Shown: in pieces, positions 49,331 through 59,888 of the stretch
Layout: the number at the start of each line of letters is the position of its first letter
Position numbering within the stretch: the stretch's first letter is position 1
Origin: an uncultured Nitrososphaerota archaeon
GTDB taxonomy: Archaea; Thermoproteota; Nitrososphaeria; Conexivisphaerales; DTJL01
Length of the DNA: 64,000 bases
NCBI GenBank assembly: GCA_963842885.1
Contig: CAWJIE010000002.1
Span: forward strand, 64,001-128,000
Direction: 5' to 3'
The notes under the pieces: generated by a model
Database searches by the model: none
What the model saw: only the letters and a program-made list of their open reading frames with translations
Told to the model about the DNA's origin: nothing
Position numbers and translations under genes: made by a program

Positions 49331-50746
49331 TCAATGGAAGAAGGTGGTTAGCCAGACCTGTGCCACGAGTGTGGGAAGCAGGCCACCAACCAGTCCAACC
49401 CAGAGCCACTTGAAGAACTTCATGTGGTAGTTGAACTTCTTCTCCATCATCCCCAGCGCGACGATGTTGGCCGTGCTCCCAATCATGGTGATGTTTCCTC
49501 CATAGACGCCACCGAAGAGCAGCCCCCACCAGAGGGGTGCGCCGTTGAACCCGATGCCCGATAGGCTCTGCACGACGGGTATCAGCGCTGCAACCAAGAC
49601 GACGTTGTCCAAGAGTGATGATGCCGCTGCGCTGAACCATAGGATGAAGGTCTGGATCTGGAATTGGGAGGAGGCTACCGAAGCTATCCCGCTCGCCATC
49701 CTGTCGGTCAGGCCGGTGTACTTCAAAGCGCCCGCTTTGGCGAACAAGAACATGAAGAAGACGAGCGTCCACCAGTCCACCCCTTTGTCGACGATCTCCC
49801 TGGCCTTCTCCCTCTTCCAGGTCAGCCCTATCGCTGCCCCTGTAAATGCGGCCACCAGCAGATAGGTGAATTTCTCCACGCCGAACAACAGCTCCAGCCT
49901 GTAGTGCACGGCGACCAACAGGATGGTTCCGAACAGCAGAGCACCGCTTATCTTCACGTCTCTGATCTTCCTTGGGTCTACTTGGTCGAACACGTGGAGA
50001 GTTGTAGCCCCATTCAACTTCGCTGCCACCTTAACCCTTGCCTGTTCGAGGGACCTTCGGTACCAGATCGGAAGGATGACCACGAGGATCAGCAGCGACA
50101 GGACCGCCACGGGCGTCGCCCAGACGAGGAAGTCTTCGAAGGTCAGGTTCCCTCTTAGCCCGATGAGTAGTCCCACGGGGTTGCCCAGCATAGTGGCGGA
50201 GCTCCCTACGTTGGTGGCGAGGACGGTGGATATGACGTAGGGGAGGGGGTCGAGCTCGAAGTACGAGCAGTATTCGAAGACTATGGCTATCATGAACAGG
50301 ATTGAGGTGACCTCGTCCACGAGTGCCGCCATCAACGTGGAAACCACGAGGAGAATGACCAGCACCTTCTTCGGGTCGTAATAGGCGACCTTCAGAAGCC
50401 TTCCGAGCAACCAAGAGAAGAAGCCGCTGTCTTTGGCGATGTCTACAATTATCATCATCGCCACCAGGAACGTGATGACGTCAAGATTCATGAATCGAAT
50501 CATGTGTGCAATGTCGAGAGACTGGGTCGCGAGCAGGGCGGCGATCCCAAAGAAAGCTACCGCCAACCTGAATCTCCAGAACATCAGTGTGCCCACCACC
50601 GTCGCGATGAAGACGGAACCAGCGGCAGTCTGCCTGACATCGCTCGTAGCAAACCAGAGAACTACAGCTGCTGCCGTGACGATGCCTGCGAATATGAGGA
50701 AGTCCCGACGGGTCCCCGAGGGGGCGAAGGACTCTGCTTCGGTCAT
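49331..50746 (-). CDS. NhaD/ArsB/CitMHS (IT superfamily) permease
   Basis: ALVDEVT, TNVGSSATMLGNP, LDNV, GGNITMIGSTANIV. Confidence 0.9.
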   Translation of the reverse strand: MTEAESFAPSGTRRDFLIFAGIVTAAAVVLWFATSDVRQTAAGSVFIATVVGTLMFWRFRLAVAFFGIAALLATQSLDIAHMIRFMNLDVITFLVAMMIIVDIAKDSGFFSWLLGRLLKVAYYDPKKVLVILLVVSTLMAALVDEVTSILFMIAIVFEYCSYFELDPLPYVISTVLATNVGSSATMLGNPVGLLIGLRGNLTFEDFLVWATPVAVLSLLILVVILPIWYRRSLEQARVKVAAKLNGATTLHVFDQVDPRKIRDVKISGALLFGTILLVAVHYRLELLFGVEKFTYLLVAAFTGAAIGLTWKREKAREIVDKGVDWWTLVFFMFLFAKAGALKYTGLTDRMASGIASVASSQFQIQTFILWFSAAASSLLDNVVLVAALIPVVQSLSGIGFNGAPLWWGLLFGGVYGGNITMIGSTANIVALGMMEKKFNYHMKFFKWLWVGLVGGLLPTLVAQVWLTTFFH

Positions 50747-50811
50747 ACCTTGGGCCGCACCCCAGACCCAGATTGGCGCTTTTGGTCAGGTTCGGCCACA
50801 GCGGCGACCAG

Positions 50812-51372
50812 CTACTTCGATCGACGCATCCCGCCGGAGGCATCGGCCGCGGCAAGTCTGAGGAGGGACGAATAGTCCTCCTCCTTGATCGTGCTCGAAA
50901 CTATCGAAGTGGAGAGCCCGGCGGTGAGGGGTTCAAGCGGCGTGCAGACATTGTCTCTCAGGTCCTTTAGGTCCTTGCTTATGGTCCTGAAGACGTATTC
51001 ATATGAGCCAACCGTGGATTCAACCTGGACGATCCGGGGATGCTTTGCGAAGAACCTGAAGAGCTCGCGCCTGACCTTCTCGTCCACCGCCGTACGGGTA
51101 CCGATGATGGCTGACATGCCGTAGCCAAGTTTACTCCAGTCAACCTCCGTCCTGAATCCCTTTATGACTCCGAGTCTGACCAGTCGCTCGACCCTTCGAG
51201 CGACCTTCCGTTCGTCGGCTCCTACCATCTTCGCCAGCTGCTTGAAGGTCATCCTGCAGTCCTTCAACAGACAACCGAGGATTTCGTAGTCAATCGAATC
51301 CAGGACCTTGCCTTTGCGATCTGCCATGGCCTGAGCCGACTTGCTCCCTTCAGCCATATAAGCGTTCTGCAT
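50812..51372 (-). CDS. Lrp/AsnC-family regulator (start probably ~51327)
   Basis: LDSIDYEIL..L.KDCRMTFKQLA...RRVERL...GVI; G.YEY. Confidence 0.9.
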   Translation of the reverse strand: MQNAYMAEGSKSAQAMADRKGKVLDSIDYEILGCLLKDCRMTFKQLAKMVGADERKVARRVERLVRLGVIKGFRTEVDWSKLGYGMSAIIGTRTAVDEKVRRELFRFFAKHPRIVQVESTVGSYEYVFRTISKDLKDLRDNVCTPLEPLTAGLSTSIVSSTIKEEDYSSLLRLAAADASGGMRRSK

Positions 51373-51784
51373 TCAATGGCGTTTCTTGCCTGATCCATGA
51401 CGCTCTGCGACGTTCATGCACGCGTTTATGGCGTATCGTACCGTTTCCTTTAGCCAATATGGCATTCAGGGCATAATGGTTATATCTGGCGGGCGCGGTC
51501 TGTGGCTCTGGGGAGCTGTGGAGAAGATTGGGCTGTTGGGTTCACTCATGGGAAGAAAGCGCTGATGGGAGCCACCGGGTCTGTAAGAAATGCGGAAGGA
51601 AACAGAGAAAGATAATCCAGACAGACCAGTGGAAGGACGAGTAAGGCCAACTTCCTTGGTGGCTGGTTACGGCCGAACCTCGACGGGTGCGCCCTTAAAC
51701 GATGACCAGGCGGGCTTCACGTGTGATGAGGGGGGCCGTGGACCATTTCTCTCAGAACCATATCGTTTCTGGGGGCGCACAGGC

Positions 51785-52487
51785 TTGTGCTTCGACGCCG
51801 TCATCACAGATTACGATAGAACGCTGACGGACAGCGACCTTCATGTATCGCACACGGCTCTCCGATTGCTAAGTAGGATTCAAGAGCGGAGGCGGGTCCT
51901 CGTCCTCATCGCCACAGGCAGGAACCTAAGTTTCGTGCGGAGGAAGCGGAGGGAGCTAGGCCGACATGGATTGTATCGTCTGTGAGAACGGGGCCGTCCT
52001 GTGGTTTCCGTCCCGGCGGAAGGTCATCCGATTCGGCGACATGTCGGCTGCAAGGTCGATGCTGATCGCTAGGGGCATCCCCTTCGATGCAGGCGAAGTC
52101 GTGGTCTCCGTCCCAAGAAGTTACGAAGACGACCTCCCAGGAGTTGCCGAGGCGCTCGGCGGCCTGGTCCATCTGGTGTCAAACCGAGACTCCGTGATGA
52201 TCCTCCCCTCCGGCGTAGACAAGGCTTCGGGCGTCACCAGGGCCCTCAGCGAGCTTGGAGCGAATTCTCCGCGGCTCGTCTGCATAGGCGATGGCGAGAA
52301 CGACGCCTCGCTCTTCTCCCTGGCGAGCCTGAGAGTTGCGACGTTCGACGCCGTCGAATCCCTGAAGGAGATGGCGGACTACGTCTGCGAAGCCCCGGCC
52401 TCGAAGGGCGTGGAGGCCTTCCTCAAAGGCCTGCTGAGGGGGAGCCTCCCCGCTTGCAGAGCCGGCAGCGAGGTGGAGATGAAATGA
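51785..52487 (+). CDS. HAD-IIB (Cof/sucrose-phosphatase/PGPase-like) phosphatase, frameshifted at ~51960
   Basis: DYDRTLT and IATGR in one frame; ENGA, GVDKASG and GDGEND in the other. Confidence 0.85.
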
Positions 52488-53854
52488 GCGGGCTCAAGAT
52501 GTGTGTCAGCACGCAGACGCCGCTGGTCCAGTTCGACATGGGCGAAAGGGCGCGAGGGAGAGGGGAAGGCGAAAGCCCGGCCGTGGACCTCGAGTCCTTG
52601 GTCGAAGGGAAGGAGTATCGGTACACACCCGGAGGAGTCACGAGGATGGTGTTCCCGCTTCTGAGGCACATGCTTCGTAGCGGGATGCTGACCTCAGTCG
52701 ACTGGACCTCGCTGAACCCTACAGCCCCGAGCATAGCGAGGATTGGAGGGATAATGTTGCGCTCCGTCGCCATTGAGAAGTCACGGATGGCCGGCTACGG
52801 CAAAGCCAAGGAGGCCATCTTGGCTGCGATGAGCGGCATCGCCTCGGGTGGAGCGGATGATGATATCTTCTGGAGCGATGACTTCACGGACTATGCCTAC
52901 TACAACAGGCAGACGGCTGAGCTTGTTTCGGCTCTGGACAGGGAGAACGATTTTGACGTCTTCTACATCCATGACTTCCAGCAGCTCCCTCTCGGCCATA
53001 TGCTCCACTCTCTGAAACCGAAGATCTTCCGATGGCACATACCGTTCGACGAGTCCGTGATACCGAGTGAATGGAAGGAGCCCCTGGGGACATACCTCAA
53101 CAGCTACGACGTAGTCATCGCAAGCGGCATGAAGTATCTGAGCTCTCTGCAGCGCTTCGGGTACTCGGGGAAGGCCCGCCACGTCTACCCCTACGTCGAT
53201 CCCACGGACTATTCAGTTCCGAGCATGGGCGAAGTAGACTCGCTGTGCAGCGGCTTGGGGTTGGCAAAGCAGGACAAGGTCGCGCTGGTCGTGGCGAGGA
53301 TGGACCCGATGAAGGGCCAAGACAGGGCGATAAGGGCCCTGGCCAAGGCACGCAAGGAGGAGCGGAGGCTGAAACTGGTGCTCGTTGGGAACGGGAGCTT
53401 CTCAAGCTCGAAGGGAGGCGTTGGGCTGTCAAAGGGGGCGGCCTGGAGGAGCGAACTTGAATTGCTCGCGAAGAAGCTGGGCCTCAAGGAGAGCGTCGTG
53501 TTTGCGGGCCACCTTTCGCATGGCGGGCTGGACGCCGCGTATGAAAGGTGCGACTTGACCCTGCTCCCCTCGGTGAGGGAGGGCTTTGGTTTAGTGGTCC
53601 TAGAGAGTTGGATTCACAAGAAGCCTTCGATCGTCTCGAGGGGGGCTGGCATCTCCGAGCTGGTCGCCGATGGAGTGAACGGCTTCCTCTATGACCCTGA
53701 CGACTGCGACGGCCTGGCGGAGAGGATGCTCGCCCTGGTCTCCGACAAGCGGCGGGCCCGGCTGATGGGCGAGAGAGGCTGTTCGACGTCGAAGCGCTGC
53801 TACATAGACGAAGGAGTTAAGGACGAATCGGACGTAATAGCTGGAGTGGTGTAG
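52484..53854 (+). CDS. GT-B glycosyltransferase with OtsA/TreT-like motifs
   Basis: GGVT, YIHDFQ, RWHIPF, VARMDPMKG, EGFGLVVLE; overlaps the HAD gene stop (ATGA). Confidence 0.88.
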   Translation: MSGLKMCVSTQTPLVQFDMGERARGRGEGESPAVDLESLVEGKEYRYTPGGVTRMVFPLLRHMLRSGMLTSVDWTSLNPTAPSIARIGGIMLRSVAIEKSRMAGYGKAKEAILAAMSGIASGGADDDIFWSDDFTDYAYYNRQTAELVSALDRENDFDVFYIHDFQQLPLGHMLHSLKPKIFRWHIPFDESVIPSEWKEPLGTYLNSYDVVIASGMKYLSSLQRFGYSGKARHVYPYVDPTDYSVPSMGEVDSLCSGLGLAKQDKVALVVARMDPMKGQDRAIRALAKARKEERRLKLVLVGNGSFSSSKGGVGLSKGAAWRSELELLAKKLGLKESVVFAGHLSHGGLDAAYERCDLTLLPSVREGFGLVVLESWIHKKPSIVSRGAGISELVADGVNGFLYDPDDCDGLAERMLALVSDKRRARLMGERGCSTSKRCYIDEGVKDESDVIAGVV

Positions 53855-53861
53855 GCCTGCG

Positions 53862-54614
53862 TTGGCTCTGAGTTACAACGGCATATTCTTTCCCGTGCTC
53901 TCCTTTGCCGCGATCATCGTCGCCACGTGGATAGTGGCCCACTTCACGGGCATCATCCTAGGCAGGGTCTTGAGGACAAGCGTTCCGTCGGTCGGCCGTC
54001 AGGCCCGTAGGCTCGTGTGGGTCCTCATCTGGGTGATGGGGGTCCTCATTGCGATCGAACAGACCGGACTGAGGCTAGATCTGCTCCTGCTCATCCTCGG
54101 CCTCTGCGGGGCAGCGCTGATAATCTCCATGAGGGAACCCTTGGAGAACATCTCGGCCAGGTACTTTTCCGACCTTTACGTCCCCTTCAAGGTCGGCGAT
54201 TCGGTCAGCGTCAGAGGATACTCGGGCAGGATAATAGAGATCAACCCCATGAGCACGGTGCTGCTGTCCGATTCCGACCAACTCGTCTCGATACCCAACT
54301 CGGCCTTCCTCAGAGAGGCAGTGGTGAACACGACCCCCCAGGCCTGGAAGGAGGTTCTGATCCCAATTTCGCTGGACGGGAAGCTGGACATCGCCGAATT
54401 CGAGAGCCTGGTCCTGAAGAGCTGCAACAAGCTCAAGCTGCACCTCGACGGAAGGTTCCCACCAATCCTCACAGTGAAATCCAGGAGCCCCCAATCGACC
54501 GAGCTTCTGCTGACCCTCATGATCCGCGAGCCGGGAGAGAAGGACTCCATCATGTCAGAGGTCAGTCAGAGGATCGCGGGAATCACGGAGGAACTGCGAA
54601 AGAAGAAGGCATAG
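53862..54614 (+). CDS. mscS: Small-conductance mechanosensitive channel
   Basis: Three TM helices, PFKVGD.V....SG.I.EI...ST.....IPNS. Confidence 0.88.
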   Translation: MALSYNGIFFPVLSFAAIIVATWIVAHFTGIILGRVLRTSVPSVGRQARRLVWVLIWVMGVLIAIEQTGLRLDLLLLILGLCGAALIISMREPLENISARYFSDLYVPFKVGDSVSVRGYSGRIIEINPMSTVLLSDSDQLVSIPNSAFLREAVVNTTPQAWKEVLIPISLDGKLDIAEFESLVLKSCNKLKLHLDGRFPPILTVKSRSPQSTELLLTLMIREPGEKDSIMSEVSQRIAGITEELRKKKA

Positions 54615-54727
54615 GCCCTCTTGCTTCATGGTCTGAACGGCCTGGAGGAGCCTTCTCTCATTGATCTAAGATGGGAGCATTCGATACGCTCCGAGTTCAT
54701 AATCAGATATATCTATCCCCCATACGA

Positions 54728-55112
54728 GATGATGCGGATGCTCGAAATCCTGTTCGTGTCTTCAAGGGAAAAGCTTGCTCTGATGTCAACATACATCGGA
54801 GACAAGCTGTCCACCATACCTCTCTTGAAGGCCCATTCCATCATCCTTGAAGACAAGTCCACGGAAGACGCCGGCCCGGTGATTACACTCATCCAAGAAT
54901 TCTTGGTGACGCAGGGCCAACATGGCTTCAAGGAGACATTGGAAGGGCACAAGGTAATCGTGGAAGCCCTTGCAGACGAAGCCGCGTCTTGGGCCAATCA
55001 CGACGATTCTCCTGTCGATCTTCCCCCCGGTCTATACCAATGCCTCCACTGCGGGAAGGTCTTCACAAGTGACGAAGAGTACAGGGCCCACGTCATCATC
55101 CATTACGCCTAA
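54728..55112 (+). CDS. Protein with a C-terminal C2H2 zinc finger
   Basis: YQCLHCGKVF...EEYRAHVIIH; start uncertain. Confidence 0.75.
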
Positions 55113-55197
55113 CCCTGCTACAGACGCTTGTCAAGCAAAACATCTATTCATAAATACAGCTATTCTTACTACATCATCACGAGAGTAGCAATGCCAG

Positions 55198-55689
55198 ATG
55201 GCAACCACTAATTCCGTGAAACGGTACAAACTGAGGAAGCTCATAGCGTGGCTGGCAGACAAAGAAGGAAGGGGAATGGAGTTCATCTCCTTCTACATAC
55301 CTCGGGAGAAATCAATAGACGAGACAGTCGCAATGCTCAAGGACGAGTCTGATTCCGATGTCATGAAATCTGAGAATATCAGGGATCGCCTTCAAGACTC
55401 CCACAAGGAGATAATCGAGCGCCTGAAGCAGAAGAAGGAAATCCCAGAGAATGGACTCGCGATATTTGCTGGAACTTTCGTCGCGAAAGATTCGGAAGGC
55501 GAAGTCTTGAACGTCGAAGAGATCGTCCCGCCAGAGCCGATTACCGCCTATCTTTACGAGGTCGACGACCATTTCCGGTTAGAGCCGCTAAGGGAAATGT
55601 TGAGAGACGAAAGAGTCGTGGGGCTTATCGCCATGGATTCAAAGGAGGCCGGACTTGTTCAGGATGTCATCTTACTTGCTGAAGGCTGA
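55198..55689 (+). CDS. Truncated, divergent aRF1 (release factor) domain-1 paralog
   Basis: GRGMEFISFYIP, IPENGLAIF, PPEPI..YLYEVDDHF..EPL; ends before GGQ. Confidence 0.85.
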   Translation: MATTNSVKRYKLRKLIAWLADKEGRGMEFISFYIPREKSIDETVAMLKDESDSDVMKSENIRDRLQDSHKEIIERLKQKKEIPENGLAIFAGTFVAKDSEGEVLNVEEIVPPEPITAYLYEVDDHFRLEPLREMLRDERVVGLIAMDSKEAGLVQDVILLAEG

Positions 55690-55841
55690 AAGACGATTCT
55701 AGATGTGGGCAAGCAAGGGGTCATCCCCAAACAAGCAGTGCGCACTTCCACCCCATCGATTTCAGCCTTCTCGTCAGCCGGAATCCTATTAGTGTTGTGC
55801 CGATTCGAATCCGGGTGCGCAAGCGACATCGAAGCCTTTCT

Positions 55842-57605
55842 TCAGGTTGGTTCCGACTTGGAAAGAAGTTCGACTGCTCTGTTGTAGGCGCGGATGACAT
55901 CGGTCCTAGTGATTATTCCCACCAATTTGCCCGTGTCCTTCGAAACGACTGGGAGACGACCGATTCCGTGGTTGGTCATCCTGTCCAGGACATCTAGCAG
56001 TGATTCGTCGGGGTGCACTACGAGCAGGTTCTGCGTCATGATAGACCTGAGTGGTGTAGAAGCCATCCGCTCATGTGGAACCCTCAGAAGGTCGCTCATT
56101 GTCACTATCCCGACCACCTTTTCAGACTCGACGATAGGAATTCCCCGAAAGCCCTTGTCGAGCATCATTTGGTAGGCATTTTCAGTTGTGTCATTCGGAG
56201 CGAGAGTTAGCACAAAGTGATTCATGGCGTCGGAAACGAATACTCTAGTCAGCAGGGGAACATTGTATTCGCCTCTGTGGGCAGGAGAATCGGACCTCAT
56301 GGCCACCTGGCTCCGATAGATCGTATATTTTGGCCCTGTCACAAAGTACGAGATTACCACTGCTACCATCGAGGGAGCGAGTAGTGAGAGAGTACCAGTC
56401 ATTTCGCTTACCATGAGAATGACTGCGATTGGAACTCGTCCGACTCCCGCGAAGAGAGCCATCATTCCTACGATGACAAGCGGTGCTGGCACGGGTATCA
56501 CGCCTGGGAGCACAGAATTCAGGGCCATCCAGAATGCTGCGCCGACAAACCCGCCGATGACGAGCGAAGGTGCGAATACGCCCGCACTGCCTCCCGAACC
56601 CACCGTCAGGGACGTTGCGATAATCTTGAACAGCACCACAAGCACGAGGACGACGAAGATCGGAGCAGAAAGAAAACTGATTCCTATCAGATTCATCTTG
56701 CCGTCTATCAGGTATTGAAGGAAGCCATAACCGAGGCCTAGGACCTCCGGGAAGAAGATTCCGATTATTCCAGAAATGGCCAGTCCTATTACAGGTTTCG
56801 TGAACTTCGGAACATTGAGCGAGGAGAAAAAACTCTTCACTGTGTAGAACACGGTCGTGAAGGCCCGTCCGATGACTCCACAAACTAGACCCAACAGTGC
56901 GTAGAATACAAGGTTGGCAGGTTGTGTGAAGAAATAGGACACGGAATTTCCGAAGATGGGAGTGAATCCGGCGAAAGAGGCAAAGATCACGTACCCGACC
57001 GGAGACGCAATGAAGCCGGGTATCAGGGCTTCAACCTCGAAGTCTCCACCGCTATAGAGGATTTCGCCGCTGAGTATGGCTCCGGCGAAGGGCGATTTGA
57101 AGATTGAACCTATTCCTGCTCCAATACCAACTGCGACAGCGGTCCTCCGGTCTTTAGCAGAAAGTTTCAGTGCATCTCCCACAAACGAGCCGGATCCAGC
57201 TGCGATTTGGGCCGTGGGCCCCTCTCTTCCGCCGCTTCCCCCGGAACCTATGGTGAAAGCGGAAGCCAAGGCCTTGACGATAGGAATCCTTCGCCTTATC
57301 TTGCCATCTCTACGGTGAAAGGCGGCGATGGCCTCGTCGGTGCCGTGGCCTTCTGCCTCTGGGGCAAGCTTGTAAACGAGAAGCCCTGTGACCAAGCCGC
57401 CCAGTGCTGTTGACAAGGGAACGAGCCACAGATTGGGGTGGAGGCTGGGGAGGGAAGCGGATTCCCCGGCCGGGCTGGGAAGGTAGAAGCCTGTAATCCC
57501 TCCGAGCATTAAATTGGTCGCGACCTGAATTAGGAAGTAAAAGACTACCGCGCCGATTCCGGCTGCTATTCCGATGAGAAGGCCAATGACAGCCCATTTC
57601 GCCAC
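55842..57605 (-). CDS. ClC chloride channel/antiporter with two CBS domains
   Basis: GHGTD, GGSGGREGP, GVFAP; C-terminal CBS pair. Confidence 0.95.
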   Translation of the reverse strand: MAKWAVIGLLIGIAAGIGAVVFYFLIQVATNLMLGGITGFYLPSPAGESASLPSLHPNLWLVPLSTALGGLVTGLLVYKLAPEAEGHGTDEAIAAFHRRDGKIRRRIPIVKALASAFTIGSGGSGGREGPTAQIAAGSGSFVGDALKLSAKDRRTAVAVGIGAGIGSIFKSPFAGAILSGEILYSGGDFEVEALIPGFIASPVGYVIFASFAGFTPIFGNSVSYFFTQPANLVFYALLGLVCGVIGRAFTTVFYTVKSFFSSLNVPKFTKPVIGLAISGIIGIFFPEVLGLGYGFLQYLIDGKMNLIGISFLSAPIFVVLVLVVLFKIIATSLTVGSGGSAGVFAPSLVIGGFVGAAFWMALNSVLPGVIPVPAPLVIVGMMALFAGVGRVPIAVILMVSEMTGTLSLLAPSMVAVVISYFVTGPKYTIYRSQVAMRSDSPAHRGEYNVPLLTRVFVSDAMNHFVLTLAPNDTTENAYQMMLDKGFRGIPIVESEKVVGIVTMSDLLRVPHERMASTPLRSIMTQNLLVVHPDESLLDVLDRMTNHGIGRLPVVSKDTGKLVGIITRTDVIRAYNRAVELLSKSEPT

Positions 57606-58146
57606 GTAGTTCCGTTGGATAATCCTGTTGATGTTTGAAGAAATCTCAGACAGGTCTTATCAACTACTCCTCAGGTGACTTCTATTTGTCCTATATTATC
57701 TTAACCGTGCCTACGGCTTCGCACCCTTGAAAAGCTAGTGCTGCGAGACGGTCGCTGGAGTCTGCGTGCAAAAACACCAGTCCAACAAGGGTTTCTCGGT
57801 TCAGGAACTCAATTTGAAGCGCGGTATGGAAAAGCTTTGGCCTACCCCGAGACGGCCAAAGAAATGTACCCTTTCGGTCCTCGGAACCGTGGGAATTTCG
57901 AACACCCCGCCGCGCCTGGGACCCTTTCCTCGCCGGCGTTCGGCCATGCGGTCCGGTCAGGCGCTTGAGCATATTGTCTCCAGATGACTTTCGGGCATCG
58001 CCCCAGAGCCGAGGAGAAACGCGTGTGTCTCGGGGATCAAGCAGCTGGGAGCAAGCTCCCTCCCCTGACCTAGAGCGTCGCGTCGATTATGGCGCCGCCG
58101 ACTTCGTCATGTTTATGAGGGGGAAACGGGACGATTCCAGATTGAC

Positions 58147-58635
58147 TTGGTCCAGCCATTCCAGGATCCAGTGGAGAAGTATGCGAGGAAGAGCCTTTAC
58201 TTCGTGCCCGAGGGTGCCTCCGTTCGCAAAGCTGCTAGAATCATGAAAGAGAAGAAGGTTGGCAGCGTTCTAGTCTACAGGGGTGGCATCCCCATCGGGA
58301 TCCTGACGGAAAGGGATGTACTTTACAAAGTGACCTCCGAAGGCCTGGACCCTGAAAGGGTCAAGGTCTCAGCGGTGATGTCCTCTCCCCTGGTCACGAT
58401 AAGAAAGGGGGAGCCGGCTGAGAACGCTCTCAAGCTGATGAAGGAGCACGGCATACGGCGGGTCTTGGTCTTGGATGAAAGAGGGAAGCCGTACGGGCTG
58501 GTTGTGCAGAAGCAGATGCTGGGAGACCTCGTGGGCAAGGCTGTGGGGCTCCGAGAGAGCGGAATCAAGGCGAAGTCTTGGCTGGAGAGACATGTGATGG
58601 AGGTCACGGATGAGGCCCTGCAGAGGTCTGAATGA
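58147..58635 (+). CDS. CBS-domain pair protein
   Basis: AARIM...VGSVLV...GILTERD..VMSSPLVTI. Confidence 0.9.
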   Translation: MVQPFQDPVEKYARKSLYFVPEGASVRKAARIMKEKKVGSVLVYRGGIPIGILTERDVLYKVTSEGLDPERVKVSAVMSSPLVTIRKGEPAENALKLMKEHGIRRVLVLDERGKPYGLVVQKQMLGDLVGKAVGLRESGIKAKSWLERHVMEVTDEALQRSE

Positions 58636-58688
58636 AGCCTAGCGCTAGATGGCCTTCATATTACCTCGACTAGGGATTGCAACACGTC

Positions 58689-59612
58689 TTAGGCCGCGGG
58701 GAGTTCTTCCTGAACCTTCATACCTTCTCGGATCATGAGCGTCTTGATCGGTTCATCAAATACGCTCTTCGTCCAGACCGCGATGACGACTTGGTAGGTG
58801 GTGGCTCCAACATCTACTATCTCCACGCTCGACCTTTCCCCGTCGATGATGTCATATTTCTTCAATGATTCAATGAGCCTTGCCCTGAACTTGTCGTAAT
58901 CCTTCCTTTTGTCCAGGTCCATCCTCACCCTGACTGTGCGTAGGGTGACCTTCGAGTAGTTCAAGATCAGTGCTCCGATGACCACTGAGTTCGGAAATAT
59001 CGCGGGAATGCCGTTATCCAGCAGGACGCGGGTGAAGAAGATCCCGACGTCCTGCACCACCCCGGTGAAACCGCTCGTCTCGCTTTCATGAGAATAGGTC
59101 GATCCGGTCAGTCCGTAGGAGGCGGTTGCCAGCCTCACCCGGTCGCCGATCTCGAAAGGCTTCGAGACGAGCATCGAGAGTCCCGCGAATATGTTGCCCA
59201 GGACTTGTTGCGCCGCGAGGCCGAGGACGATCCCGAGAAAACCTGCTCCGATCAGGGCCGCCGTAAGGTTGAAACCGAAAGCTGCGAAGACGAAGACGAC
59301 GATGACTATCGCGGCGAGCACCTGGAAGAGGTTCTCGACTCCCCGTGCCCGCGTCACGCCGAATGTCGGCTCGATGATCCGCGCAAGTATCCGGTTGACG
59401 ACCCTGATCACCAGGTAGCCACCGATAACCACGATGATTGCGTAGATGAGTGGAAGGTAGCTCTTGGAGACCACTCCGCGGTCGGCCAGGTAGTACACGA
59501 GCAGCGCCGCCACCAGGGCGGCAAACAAGATGAAGATGAACTCAAGTATCCTGCGTCTCATGGGACCGGTCTCTCCCTTCATACTTCTCATCCTCGCTAC
59601 AGGCAAGGACAC
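58689..59612 (-). CDS. mscS: Small-conductance mechanosensitive channel (start possibly ~59560-59590)
   Basis: GIVLGLAAQ..LGNIFAG, PFEIGD, FPNS. Confidence 0.92.
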   Translation of the reverse strand: MSLPVARMRSMKGETGPMRRRILEFIFILFAALVAALLVYYLADRGVVSKSYLPLIYAIIVVIGGYLVIRVVNRILARIIEPTFGVTRARGVENLFQVLAAIVIVVFVFAAFGFNLTAALIGAGFLGIVLGLAAQQVLGNIFAGLSMLVSKPFEIGDRVRLATASYGLTGSTYSHESETSGFTGVVQDVGIFFTRVLLDNGIPAIFPNSVVIGALILNYSKVTLRTVRVRMDLDKRKDYDKFRARLIESLKKYDIIDGERSSVEIVDVGATTYQVVIAVWTKSVFDEPIKTLMIREGMKVQEELPAA

Positions 59613-59720
59613 GATGGCTAATATGTCTCTAGGGCGCTGTGCGGAACTGCTCTAAGCAGCGTGCGAGACAATCTTGGGCCTATTGAATGAAAGAGCAACC
59701 GTCGCAGGATGCCGCTGTTC

Positions 59721-59761
59721 TTGGATATCCATTGCTGCTGGAAAAGAATTCAATGTCATCG
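59721..59761 (+). repeat. Module D
   Basis: TTGGATATCCATTGCTGCTGGAAAAGAATTCAATGTCATCG. Confidence 0.85.
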
Positions 59762-59888
59762 ACCCACAAGACAGAACAGAGACGGCGTCGGGGGCCAATT
59801 CTGGCATGAGCGTGGCATCCCTGGCCTGGGCGAATTCAACATGGTGAGTTACCGACGAGATTAGAAAAAGGGATGGGCAGGACGTGGC

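Noticed and set aside
51350-51480. Short ATGGCRT-like repeats upstream of the Lrp gene
   Set aside because: Too short and irregular to call as operators by eye.
57606-57760. Fluoride (crcB) riboswitch upstream of ClC
   Set aside because: No GGCGATG...GCTGATG-type consensus was found, and the ClC has GREGP rather than CLC-F motifs.
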